A program made the translations under genes and the position numbers. The notes under the pieces are model-generated. The model did no database searches and was not told the origin of the DNA. It saw nothing but the letters and a program-made list of their open reading frames with translations. Shown piece after piece: positions 9,902 through 18,077 of a stretch of DNA of 64,000 nucleotides (positions within the stretch are counted from its first letter, which is position 1; each line of letters opens with the position of its first letter). The stretch spans positions 45,357 to 109,356 of the forward strand of contig DBMH01000098.1 in the NCBI GenBank assembly GCA_002297645.1. The letters are read 5' to 3'. Source of the DNA: Rhodanobacteraceae bacterium UBA703 (GTDB lineage: Bacteria > Pseudomonadota > Gammaproteobacteria > Xanthomonadales > Rhodanobacteraceae).

Positions 9902-11020
9902 ATGTCGCGTTTTGCTTCGTTCCTTTGTCTTGCCTTGTGCGCGTATGCGTGGCCCGTGGAGGCGGGCGTGCTGTATCGCTGCGTGGCGAAGGACGGGGTG
10001 ATCGGCTACACGAACAAGCCGGACGGCTTCCAGAACTGCAAGGTGCTGTCGCGCTATGCCGACAACGCGCCCAGGCCCAAGGCGCCCGCGCCCGCGCCGC
10101 CATCCGTCGCCGAGGCGCCGAAGCCACGGACGACGACCACGCACCGCTGGGTGTACGAAGAGAATCCGCCGCCGAAAGCGCCGGACTTCGCGAACGTCGC
10201 CGCCGCTTCCACGGTGTATCCGCCCGATGCGGCGCGCCCGTCGTTCGCGCGCGTGAATCCGGGAATCGAGAGCACGGCCAAGGCCGTCTTCCCGGAGGAT
10301 TTCTCCACCGTCAACGCCGGCGTGGACAGCTCCGCGCGCGGACTCGAGCCGCCGTTGTTCATCGCTGCGCCCTACCGGCCGCGTCCGCAGCCGGCGCCGC
10401 CGGTCGCGGCGGCCACCGCAGTGACGGAGCAACCCGCCGCGGCGCCGGCGGTCCGGACACAGGTCGTCCGCGGTTCCGTCTATCGCGTGCAGCGCAAGGA
10501 CGGCATCGTCGAGTACACCAACATCCGCCCGAAGGGCAGTTCGTTCGCGGTGCTGTTCACCTACATCGCGACCTGCGTCGCCTGCGATCTCCGTTCGAAG
10601 ATCGACTTCGCGCGCACCGCATTGAACCTGGATGCCTACAAGGACGAAGTGGCCGCCGCCGCCGCCGATTTCGGCGTCGACGTGGCGTTGCTGCGGGCGG
10701 TGATCCACGCGGAATCCGCATTCAACCCGATGGCGCTGTCGAACAAGGGCGCGCAGGGGCTCATGCAGCTGATGCCGGGAACGGCCAACGACCTCGGCGT
10801 CGCCGACGCGTTCGATGCCGGCCAGAACATCCGCGGCGGTGCCCGCTACCTGTCCCAACTCCTGCAGGCCTTCAACGGCGACTCCCAGCTCGCCACCGCG
10901 GCCTACAATGCGGGGCCCGGGGCCGTGCAGAAATACGGCGGAATTCCTCCTTACGACGAGACCCAGGTCTACGTGCAGCGCGTGGCGACGCTGCGCGACC
11001 GCTACCGGAAGGCGCTGTAG
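9902..11020 (+). CDS. Exported lytic transglycosylase (DUF4124-like N-terminus, Pro-rich linker, SLT domain)
   Basis: Signal peptide from ATG 9902; IHAESAF, GAQGLMQLMP, AAYNAGPG, ETQVYV SLT motifs. Confidence 0.9.
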   Translation: MSRFASFLCLALCAYAWPVEAGVLYRCVAKDGVIGYTNKPDGFQNCKVLSRYADNAPRPKAPAPAPPSVAEAPKPRTTTTHRWVYEENPPPKAPDFANVAAASTVYPPDAARPSFARVNPGIESTAKAVFPEDFSTVNAGVDSSARGLEPPLFIAAPYRPRPQPAPPVAAATAVTEQPAAAPAVRTQVVRGSVYRVQRKDGIVEYTNIRPKGSSFAVLFTYIATCVACDLRSKIDFARTALNLDAYKDEVAAAAADFGVDVALLRAVIHAESAFNPMALSNKGAQGLMQLMPGTANDLGVADAFDAGQNIRGGARYLSQLLQAFNGDSQLATAAYNAGPGAVQKYGGIPPYDETQVYVQRVATLRDRYRKAL

Positions 11021-11029
11021 GGGGCGAGG

Positions 11030-11128
11030 TTGGCGATTCGGGACTCGGAAGGGCGGCTGGCGAAGCGCTCCACGAGAGCCGAAGCCTGCACCGCCATTTT
11101 TTCCGAATCCCCAATCCCCAATCCCGGC
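11030..11128. repeat. Heptameric GGGA(A/T)T(C/G)-type tandem repeats in inverted arrangement
   Basis: TTGGCGATTCGGGACTCGGAA facing TTCCGAATCCCCAATCCCCAATCCCGG between convergent genes. Confidence 0.6.
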
Positions 11129-11131
11129 TTC

Positions 11132-12334
11132 TCAGGCTCCGATCGTACTCGGCGACGGGCGCTGCGCCAGCGTCACGTCGATCGCGAAGGGGACGTTGTT
11201 GCGCAGGCCCTCGATGCGCACCTTGGTGCCGGGAACGAGCATCGCTTCCCGGTTGCGCAGGTCACCCTGGTCGACGATGGCGACGCCGTCGAGCTTGAGC
11301 AGCAGGTCGTAGGGCTGCAGCCCGGCCTGCGCGGCCGGACTTTCCTGCACCACGCGGGCGACCAGGACGCCCTGCGGGCGGGAGGTCGCGCCGTTCGGCG
11401 GCGGGATGTCGACGTAGTCGATGCCGATCCATCCGCGGATCACGTGGCCGTGCTGGACGATCTGGTCCAGCACGGTCTTGGCGGTCGTCACCGGGATCGC
11501 GAAACCGATGCCCTCCGCGCCGGGCGTGTAGCCTCCGCGGGCGTCGGCCGTCGGCGTGCGCGGATAGACGGCGGTGTTGATGCCGATCAGTTCGCCGGCC
11601 GCGTTGACCAGCGCGCCGCCGGAGTTGCCGGCGTTGATCGCGGCGTCGGTCTGGATGAAGTCCTCGTAGGCGGACATGCGCAACTGACGGCCGGTGGCGC
11701 TGACGATGCCCATCGTGACCGTCTTGCCGAGGCCCACGGGATTGCCGATCGCGAGCACGACGTCGCCGACCTCCGCGGTCTTGTCGTCCGGCACGGCGAT
11801 TTCGGGCAGGTTGCCGGCGTCGATCTTCAGCACGGCCAGATCGGTCTCGACGTCGCTGCCGATGACCTGGGCCTTCGACACGCGGCCGTCGTCGAGCAGC
11901 ACCTGGATGTCGTCGGCGCCGTTGATGACGTGGTTGTTGGTCAGCACGTAGCCGGCCGAGCTGAAGATGACGCCGGAACCGAGGCTGCGGTCGAGGCGCT
12001 TTTCCAGCGGGCCGAGGGCGACACCGCCGCGCATGCCGAGCAGTCGCTGCGTCAGCGGGCTCAGCGGCACCATCTGGCGCTGCAGCGTGGTGCGGTTCGC
12101 GTAGATGTTGACGACCGCGGGCGAGGCGCGCGTGACGGCGTCGGCGTACGAGAACGGGCCGTGGCGCGAGCCCGCGTCGACCATCCCGGCACGGTCGTAC
12201 GGCTCCTGCGCGCCGCCGCGCAGGCGCGCGACCAGTCCCGGCGCCGCGAGGTTCAGCACGAACGCGGCGGCGAGGCCGACCACGGCGCAGCGCGCGGCGA
12301 AGGCGAGGAAGTCGATGAGTCTGCGGGTGCGCAT
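11132..12334 (-). CDS. HtrA/DegS-family serine protease with one PDZ domain
   Basis: N-terminal TM anchor; LTNNHVI, DLAVLKI, QTDAAINAGNSGG catalytic motifs; single PDZ; divergent from petABC. Confidence 0.92.
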   Translation of the reverse strand: MRTRRLIDFLAFAARCAVVGLAAAFVLNLAAPGLVARLRGGAQEPYDRAGMVDAGSRHGPFSYADAVTRASPAVVNIYANRTTLQRQMVPLSPLTQRLLGMRGGVALGPLEKRLDRSLGSGVIFSSAGYVLTNNHVINGADDIQVLLDDGRVSKAQVIGSDVETDLAVLKIDAGNLPEIAVPDDKTAEVGDVVLAIGNPVGLGKTVTMGIVSATGRQLRMSAYEDFIQTDAAINAGNSGGALVNAAGELIGINTAVYPRTPTADARGGYTPGAEGIGFAIPVTTAKTVLDQIVQHGHVIRGWIGIDYVDIPPPNGATSRPQGVLVARVVQESPAAQAGLQPYDLLLKLDGVAIVDQGDLRNREAMLVPGTKVRIEGLRNNVPFAIDVTLAQRPSPSTIGA

Positions 12335-12535
12335 GGGGATCGATGCCGGTGGCGACGTCGCGATCGTCCGCACAGGACGCCGCAGGCGCGCGGCTTCGAT
12401 TGTGCGGTACAGGGGCGTTCGTTAAACTAACACGATTTTCCGGTCGTCCGCAGCGCGAAAGCTTCGCGGCGGGGCGGCTGGGCGTGTTTCGTAGTCTTGC
12501 GGTCCTGGACGATCGCACAACCCTCCGGAGTGCTG

Positions 12536-13138
12536 ATGGCAAACGATGCTGTGGTGGACCAGGGGCGCCGCCGATTCCTGACTGCGACGACCTCCGTCGT
12601 CGGAGGCGCGGGTGTCGTGCTCGCGGCGATTCCCTTCGTCAAGTCCTGGGAGCCGAGCGTAGCGGCCAAGACCGCCGGCGCGCCGGTGGTGGCCGATATC
12701 AGCAAGATCGAGCCGGGGCAGAAGGTCACGTTCGAATGGCGCGGCCTGCCGGTGTTCGTGGTGAATCGCACGAAGGACCAGCTCGACGCACTGCCGACGC
12801 TCGATTCGCACCTGCGCGACCCGAAGTCGGACAACGCCGCGCAGCAGCCCGAATACGCGAAGAACGAATACCGCTCGATCAAGCCCGAGTGGCTGGTCGT
12901 GACCGGCCTGTGCACGCACCTGGGCTGCGTGCCGGACTTCTTCCCGGACCTCAAGCCGGAACCGTTCGATCCGCAGTGGAAGGGCGGCTTCTACTGCCCC
13001 TGCCACAAGTCCCGCTACGACATCGCGGGCCGCGTCTATGAAGGCGTGCCGGCACCGGCGAACCTCGCCGTCCCGCCATACCACTTCGTGGACGACACGC
13101 ACGTCCTGATCGGCGTCGGTCCGGAGGGCAAAGTCTGA
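12536..13138 (+). CDS. petA: Ubiquinol-cytochrome c reductase Rieske Fe-S subunit
   Basis: Tat motif GRRRFL; CTHLGC and CPCHKS boxes. Confidence 0.96.
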   Translation: MANDAVVDQGRRRFLTATTSVVGGAGVVLAAIPFVKSWEPSVAAKTAGAPVVADISKIEPGQKVTFEWRGLPVFVVNRTKDQLDALPTLDSHLRDPKSDNAAQQPEYAKNEYRSIKPEWLVVTGLCTHLGCVPDFFPDLKPEPFDPQWKGGFYCPCHKSRYDIAGRVYEGVPAPANLAVPPYHFVDDTHVLIGVGPEGKV

Positions 13139-14463
13139 TGGCCAGCGTATTCACGAACATCGGCAACTGGGTCAACGAGCGCGCACCGGGCCTGATGCCC
13201 GTGTACCGCAAGCACATGACCGAGTACTACGCGCCGAAGAACTTCAATTTCTGGTACTACTTCGGCGTGCTCGCGCTCGTCGTGCTGGTGAACCAGCTCC
13301 TGACGGGCATCTTCCTGACGATGAACTACAAGCCGAGCGCGGCGGAAGTCGCGCCCGGCGTGTCGGCCGCGTTCGCCTCGGTCGAGTACATCATGCGCGA
13401 CGTCAGCTGGGGCTGGCTGATCCGCTACATGCACTCGACCGGCGCCTCGCTGTTCTTCGTCGTCGTCTACCTGCACATGTTCCGCGGCCTGCTCTACGGC
13501 TCGTACAAGAAGCCGCGCGAGCTGGTGTGGATCCTCGGCATGCTGATCTTCCTGGCGCTGATGGCCGAGGCGTTCCTGGGCTACGTGCTGCCGTGGGGCA
13601 ACATGTCGTTCTGGGGCGCGAAGGTCATCATCTCGCTGTTCGGAACGATCCCGTGGATCGGCCCTTCGCTGGTCGAGTGGATCATGGGCGACTACCTGCC
13701 CGCCGACGCCACGCTGAACCGCTTCTTCGCGCTGCACGTCATCGCGCTGCCGCTGGTGCTGCTGCTGCTCGTCGTGCTGCACATCTTCGCGCTGCACGAA
13801 GTCGGCTCGAACAATCCGGACGGCGTCGAGATCAAGAAGGGGCCGAAGGGCAACCGCTGGTCCGAAAAGGCGCCGGCGGACGGCATTCCGTTCCATCCGT
13901 ACTACACGCTGCACGACATGGTCGGCATCGGTTTCTTCCTGATCATCGCCTCGTTCATCATCTTCTACGCGCCGACCTTCGGCGGCTGGTTCCTCGAGCA
14001 CGACAACTTCGTGCCGGCGAACAACCTCGCCACGCCGGAACACATCAAGCCGGTTTGGTACTTCACGCCGTTCTACGCCATCCTGCGCATGGTGCCGTCG
14101 TTCTTCGGCACGGCGATCTGGGGCGTGATCGCGATGTTCGGCGCCATCGTGCTGCTGTTCCTGGTGCCGTGGCTGGATCGTGGCACGGTCAAGTCGGTGC
14201 GCTACCGCGGCACCGGCTACAAGGTCGCGCTCGGCCTGTTCGCGCTGTCGTTCTTCATGCTGGGCGCGGTGGGCGCCGGCGTTTCGGCCGAGATGATCCC
14301 GAAGATCTTCGGCGCCGACGCCGACTCGACCTTCATCGAGAACCTGTTCGGCCGTTTCTGGACGATCGTCTACTTCGCCTTCTTCGCGTTCCTCTGGGCC
14401 TATACGCACTTCGGCTACGAGAAGACCAAGCCGGTGCCGGACCGGGTGACGACGCATGACTAA
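13138..14463 (+). CDS. petB: Cytochrome b of the bc1 complex
   Basis: RYMHSTGAS, YLHMFRG, FFALHV, HIKPVWYF (PEWY equivalent). Confidence 0.96.
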   Translation: MASVFTNIGNWVNERAPGLMPVYRKHMTEYYAPKNFNFWYYFGVLALVVLVNQLLTGIFLTMNYKPSAAEVAPGVSAAFASVEYIMRDVSWGWLIRYMHSTGASLFFVVVYLHMFRGLLYGSYKKPRELVWILGMLIFLALMAEAFLGYVLPWGNMSFWGAKVIISLFGTIPWIGPSLVEWIMGDYLPADATLNRFFALHVIALPLVLLLLVVLHIFALHEVGSNNPDGVEIKKGPKGNRWSEKAPADGIPFHPYYTLHDMVGIGFFLIIASFIIFYAPTFGGWFLEHDNFVPANNLATPEHIKPVWYFTPFYAILRMVPSFFGTAIWGVIAMFGAIVLLFLVPWLDRGTVKSVRYRGTGYKVALGLFALSFFMLGAVGAGVSAEMIPKIFGADADSTFIENLFGRFWTIVYFAFFAFLWAYTHFGYEKTKPVPDRVTTHD

Positions 14464-15235
14464 GGCCAGGACGAATCCCGCCATGAGGAAATCCATGTTC
14501 GCCAAGCTCGCCGGTGCCGCGCTCGCCTGCCTGATGACGTTCGCCAGCGCCACGGCGTCCGAAGGCGGCGGCCTGCAGTCGGCCGGCGTCAGCCTCAACG
14601 ACGTCGCCTCGATGCAGCGCGGCGCGAAGCTGTTCTTCAACTACTGCTCGGGCTGCCACTCGCTGCAGTACCTGCGCTACTCGCGCATTGCCGAGGATCT
14701 CAAACTCGACCCGAAGGACGTCGAGAAGAGCTTCGTGTTCACCGGTGCCAAGATCGGCGACCAGGCCAAGAACCACATGCCGCACGCCGGCGGTACGCAG
14801 TGGTTCGGCAAGGCGCCGCCGGACCTGACCCTGGAAGCCCGCTCGAAGGGTCCGGACTGGATCTACACCTATCTGAAGTCGTTCTACCTGGATCCGAGCC
14901 GCCCGCTCGGCTGGAACAACACGCTGTTCGCCAACGCGTCGATGCCGAACCCGTTGTGGGAACTGCAGGGCATCCAGGTGCTCAAGCCGGCGTCCGGCGA
15001 GGGCGCCCACGGTGGCCACGAAGGCGGTGCGGCGTTGGACCTGCACACCCCGGGCAGTCAGACGCCGGAGCAGTTCGACCAGACGGCGCGCGACATCACG
15101 GCTTTCCTGCAATACGCGGCGGAGCCTGCTGCACTGCAACGCGAGTCGATGGGCGTCTGGGTGCTGCTGTACCTCGCCCTGTTCACGTTCATCGCCTACC
15201 TGCTCAAGCACGAGTTCTGGAAGGACGTGCACTGA
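14456..15235 (+). CDS. petC: Cytochrome c1
   Basis: CSGCH heme motif, PPDL, C-terminal TM anchor; start may be 14483. Confidence 0.95.
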   Translation: MTKARTNPAMRKSMFAKLAGAALACLMTFASATASEGGGLQSAGVSLNDVASMQRGAKLFFNYCSGCHSLQYLRYSRIAEDLKLDPKDVEKSFVFTGAKIGDQAKNHMPHAGGTQWFGKAPPDLTLEARSKGPDWIYTYLKSFYLDPSRPLGWNNTLFANASMPNPLWELQGIQVLKPASGEGAHGGHEGGAALDLHTPGSQTPEQFDQTARDITAFLQYAAEPAALQRESMGVWVLLYLALFTFIAYLLKHEFWKDVH

Positions 15236-15267
15236 GGCAGGGGGGCGACGGCCGCCTTTCCGGCTCC

Positions 15268-15305
15268 ACGGCCCGCGGGATTCCATCCCGCGGGCTGTTT
15301 CGTTT
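15268..15305 (+). terminator. Intrinsic terminator after petC
   Basis: GCCCGCGGGA-TTCCA-TCCCGCGGGC hairpin followed by TGTTTCGTTT. Confidence 0.65.
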
Positions 15306-15413
15306 CGGGGACCCGTTCCTTTCGCCGTCGCCGCTCCTAGTCGCCCGGGCGTTCGCCGTAGTAGAGTGCCGACTCGTGGGTAAGCTCCAAACGGGATGGA
15401 GAGGGGATGACGA

Positions 15414-16043
15414 ATGGCCTTGAACCAGCGCTCGCGTACCATCTTGACCCTGTACTCCGCGCCCGACAGCGTGCATTGCCACCGCGTGCGCATGACGCTG
15501 GCCGCCAAGGGCGTGAGCTACGATCACGTCGTCGTCGATCTGGACAGTCCGCCCGAGGACCTGATCGACCTGAATCCGTACAACTCGGTGCCGACGCTGG
15601 TCGATCGCGATCTGGTCCTCTATGACACCAGCGTCATCTGTGAATACCTCGACGAACGCTACCCCCATCCGCCGCTGATGCCGGTCGACCCAATGTCGCG
15701 GGCGCGGCTGCGATTGGCGATCGTGCGCATCGAGAACGACTGGCTGACGCTGGTCGAGCAGATCGAGGAAGGCGGGAAGGGCGCCGAGGCCGCGCGCAAG
15801 GCGCTGCGCGACGACCTCGTCCGCAACGCATCGGCCTTCAAGGCCTCGAAGTTCTTCCTGAGTCCCGAAGTCAGCCTGGCCGATTGCGCACTGGCGCCGC
15901 TGGTCTGGCGACTGGACTCGCTCGGCGTGCAGCTGCCGCGCGAGGCCCAGCCGATCATCGACTACGGCGAGCGCATCTTCCGCAGCCAGGGCTTCGTGCG
16001 CAGCATGACCGCCGAGGAAAAGGCGTTGCGTCCAGCGGCCTAG
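15414..16043 (+). CDS. sspA: Stringent starvation protein A (GST fold)
   Basis: LNPYNSVPTLVDRDLVLY, EYLDERYPHPPLMP; petC-sspA-sspB synteny. Confidence 0.93.
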   Translation: MALNQRSRTILTLYSAPDSVHCHRVRMTLAAKGVSYDHVVVDLDSPPEDLIDLNPYNSVPTLVDRDLVLYDTSVICEYLDERYPHPPLMPVDPMSRARLRLAIVRIENDWLTLVEQIEEGGKGAEAARKALRDDLVRNASAFKASKFFLSPEVSLADCALAPLVWRLDSLGVQLPREAQPIIDYGERIFRSQGFVRSMTAEEKALRPAA

Positions 16044-16083
16044 TCCGGGAAACTGGCCGGTCCCAGTCCGCGAGCCGAATTCC

Positions 16084-16485
16084 ATGTCCTCGACTTCCAT
16101 GACGTCCAATCGTCCGTATCTCCTGCGGGCGCTGTACGAATGGATCAGCGACAACGGCCTGACCCCGTACCTGCTCGTGGATGCCGCCGGCGACGGGGTG
16201 CGGGTGCCTCCGGGCACCGCCAAGGACGGTCGCGTCGTGCTCAACATCGCGGCGCGTGCGGTCAGCCAGCTCGACATGGCCAACGAGCACATCAGCTTCC
16301 TTGCGCGCTTCAGCGGGGTCAGCCAGTCGGTCCACGTACCCATGGCCGCGGTGCTGGCGATCTACGCGCAGGAAAACGGGCAGGGGATGATGTTCTCGTC
16401 GGAGAGCCCGTCGACCGAACCGCCTCCGCCGGCACCGGCACCGGAAGAGCCGCCGAAACGATCGCACCTGCGGGTCGTCAAGTAA
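16084..16485 (+). CDS. sspB: ClpXP adaptor SspB
   Basis: RPYLLRALYEWISDN, IYAQENGQGM, C-terminal HLRVVK ClpX-binding tail. Confidence 0.95.
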   Translation: MSSTSMTSNRPYLLRALYEWISDNGLTPYLLVDAAGDGVRVPPGTAKDGRVVLNIAARAVSQLDMANEHISFLARFSGVSQSVHVPMAAVLAIYAQENGQGMMFSSESPSTEPPPPAPAPEEPPKRSHLRVVK

Positions 16486-16526
16486 CCCGGGATCGGCCGC
16501 GGCGCTGCGGCCGACGGACGGAACTC

Positions 16527-16883
16527 CTATTCCACCACCCGGAGATACGGCGGCCGCGGCGCCGCCGGCGCGGGCGAGGCCGTCGCGCTCAGCGGAAGGC
16601 TCCAGGATTCGAGCCGGTGTCCGGCGAGATCGAGGTGGCCGCGGTGGCGGTCGCTGCCGTCCAGGCTGATCTCGAACTGGTAGCGCCGGACCAGGGTCGG
16701 CAGGCCGTCGCGGCGCGAGAGGCGCAGCCGCTTCAGCGAGACGCTCTGGTCGAGCAGTTGCACGCCGGCGTCCCCGCACAGGGCGCGGCCGTGCTGGATG
16801 GCGGCCTCGCGGGCCCGCAGTGCGTCCATCCAGGCCCAGATGGCGAGGGCGAGGGCGAGAAGAAGAATCCAGGTTCCGAGCAT
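16527..16883 (-). CDS. DUF3301-like membrane-anchored protein
   Basis: N-terminal TM, AREAA...LC...VQLLDQSV, YQFE.S..G..R..G pattern. Confidence 0.75.
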   Translation of the reverse strand: MLGTWILLLALALAIWAWMDALRAREAAIQHGRALCGDAGVQLLDQSVSLKRLRLSRRDGLPTLVRRYQFEISLDGSDRHRGHLDLAGHRLESWSLPLSATASPAPAAPRPPYLRVVE

Positions 16884-16935
16884 CGGGACAGTGTGGGGTT
16901 CCCGCCCGCGCCAGGCAAGCCCGGGAGGGAGCCGT

Positions 16936-17820
16936 TCAGAGACCGGAGATCTCGATCCGCATCGACAGGTCGATCGCGCGCACGTGCTTGGTCAGCGCGC
17001 CGATCGAGACATAGTCGACGCCGGTCTCGGCGATCGCGCGGACGCGGTCGAGCGCGACCGAGCCGGAGACTTCGAGCGGGACGCGTCCGCCCACTTCGGC
17101 GACCGCCTGCGCGAGCTCGTGCAATTCGAATTCGTCGAGCATGATGCGGTCGGCGCCGGCCGCCAGCGCCTCGCGGAGTTCGGAGAAGTTTTCCACTTCG
17201 GTCTCGACCAGCAGGCCGGGATGCAGCGCGCGTGCCCGCTGCACCGCAGCGGCGATGGAACCGGCCGCAGCGATATGGTTCTCCTTGATGAGGACGGCGT
17301 CGAACAGGCCGATGCGGTGGTTCCGGCCGCCGCCGACGCGCACCGCGTACTTCTGAGCCAGCCGCAGGCCGGGCAGGGTCTTGCGCGTGTCGAGCACGAC
17401 GGTGCGGGTGCCGCGCGTCGCCTCGACGTAGGTCGCGGTGGCCGTCGCTGTGCCCGACAAGGTCTGCAGGAAGTTCAGCGCGGTGCGTTCGCCGGTGACG
17501 AGGCTGCGTGCAGCCCCTTCGATGTGGCAGAGCACGGTGCCGGGAGCGACGCGGTCGCCGTCGGCGACGTGCCATTCCACGCGGACGTCCGGATCGATCT
17601 GCCGGAAGCATTCCCCGAACCAGGCTGTGCCGCAGAGCACCGCGGCTTCGCGCGTGATGACGCGCGCGCGCGCGTTCGCGCCGGAGGGCAGCAGGTCGGC
17701 GGTGACGTCGCCGCTGCCGATGTCCTCGGCGAGGGCGCGACGGACATCGCCCTCGATCGTTTCCCTCGAGGGGAGAGTCGGCGAATCGGTGTTCAAGGAA
17801 GCCCCGGGTCTGTTCGACAT
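16936..17820 (-). CDS. nadC: Nicotinate-nucleotide pyrophosphorylase (carboxylating)
   Basis: ALAEDIGSGDVT, ERTALNFLQ, DTRKTLPG, LIKENHI, SIGALT; start approximate. Confidence 0.95.
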   Translation of the reverse strand: MSNRPGASLNTDSPTLPSRETIEGDVRRALAEDIGSGDVTADLLPSGANARARVITREAAVLCGTAWFGECFRQIDPDVRVEWHVADGDRVAPGTVLCHIEGAARSLVTGERTALNFLQTLSGTATATATYVEATRGTRTVVLDTRKTLPGLRLAQKYAVRVGGGRNHRIGLFDAVLIKENHIAAAGSIAAAVQRARALHPGLLVETEVENFSELREALAAGADRIMLDEFELHELAQAVAEVGGRVPLEVSGSVALDRVRAIAETGVDYVSIGALTKHVRAIDLSMRIEISGL

Positions 17821-18077
17821 GGCCCGCATGATAGCCAGAAGGTTCGCGGCGTGGTGAGCGCGGTGCGAGACGGATCTCGCCGCTGCCGTTCCGTCATCGG
17901 ATGTCGTGTCGGCGCTGCCGCGCGCTGCTGCGGACTCGATGCGGAGCGGTACGACGAGCGACCGATCGTGGCTGCATTCCGGGAACCGCCCCGGGATCCG
18001 ATCGTGCTCGGCGTGTCCCCGTGCCAACCGCTGTGCCCGAGGCGCAGAACGGTCCGCGAAGAGCGGTCGGGGGCGGC

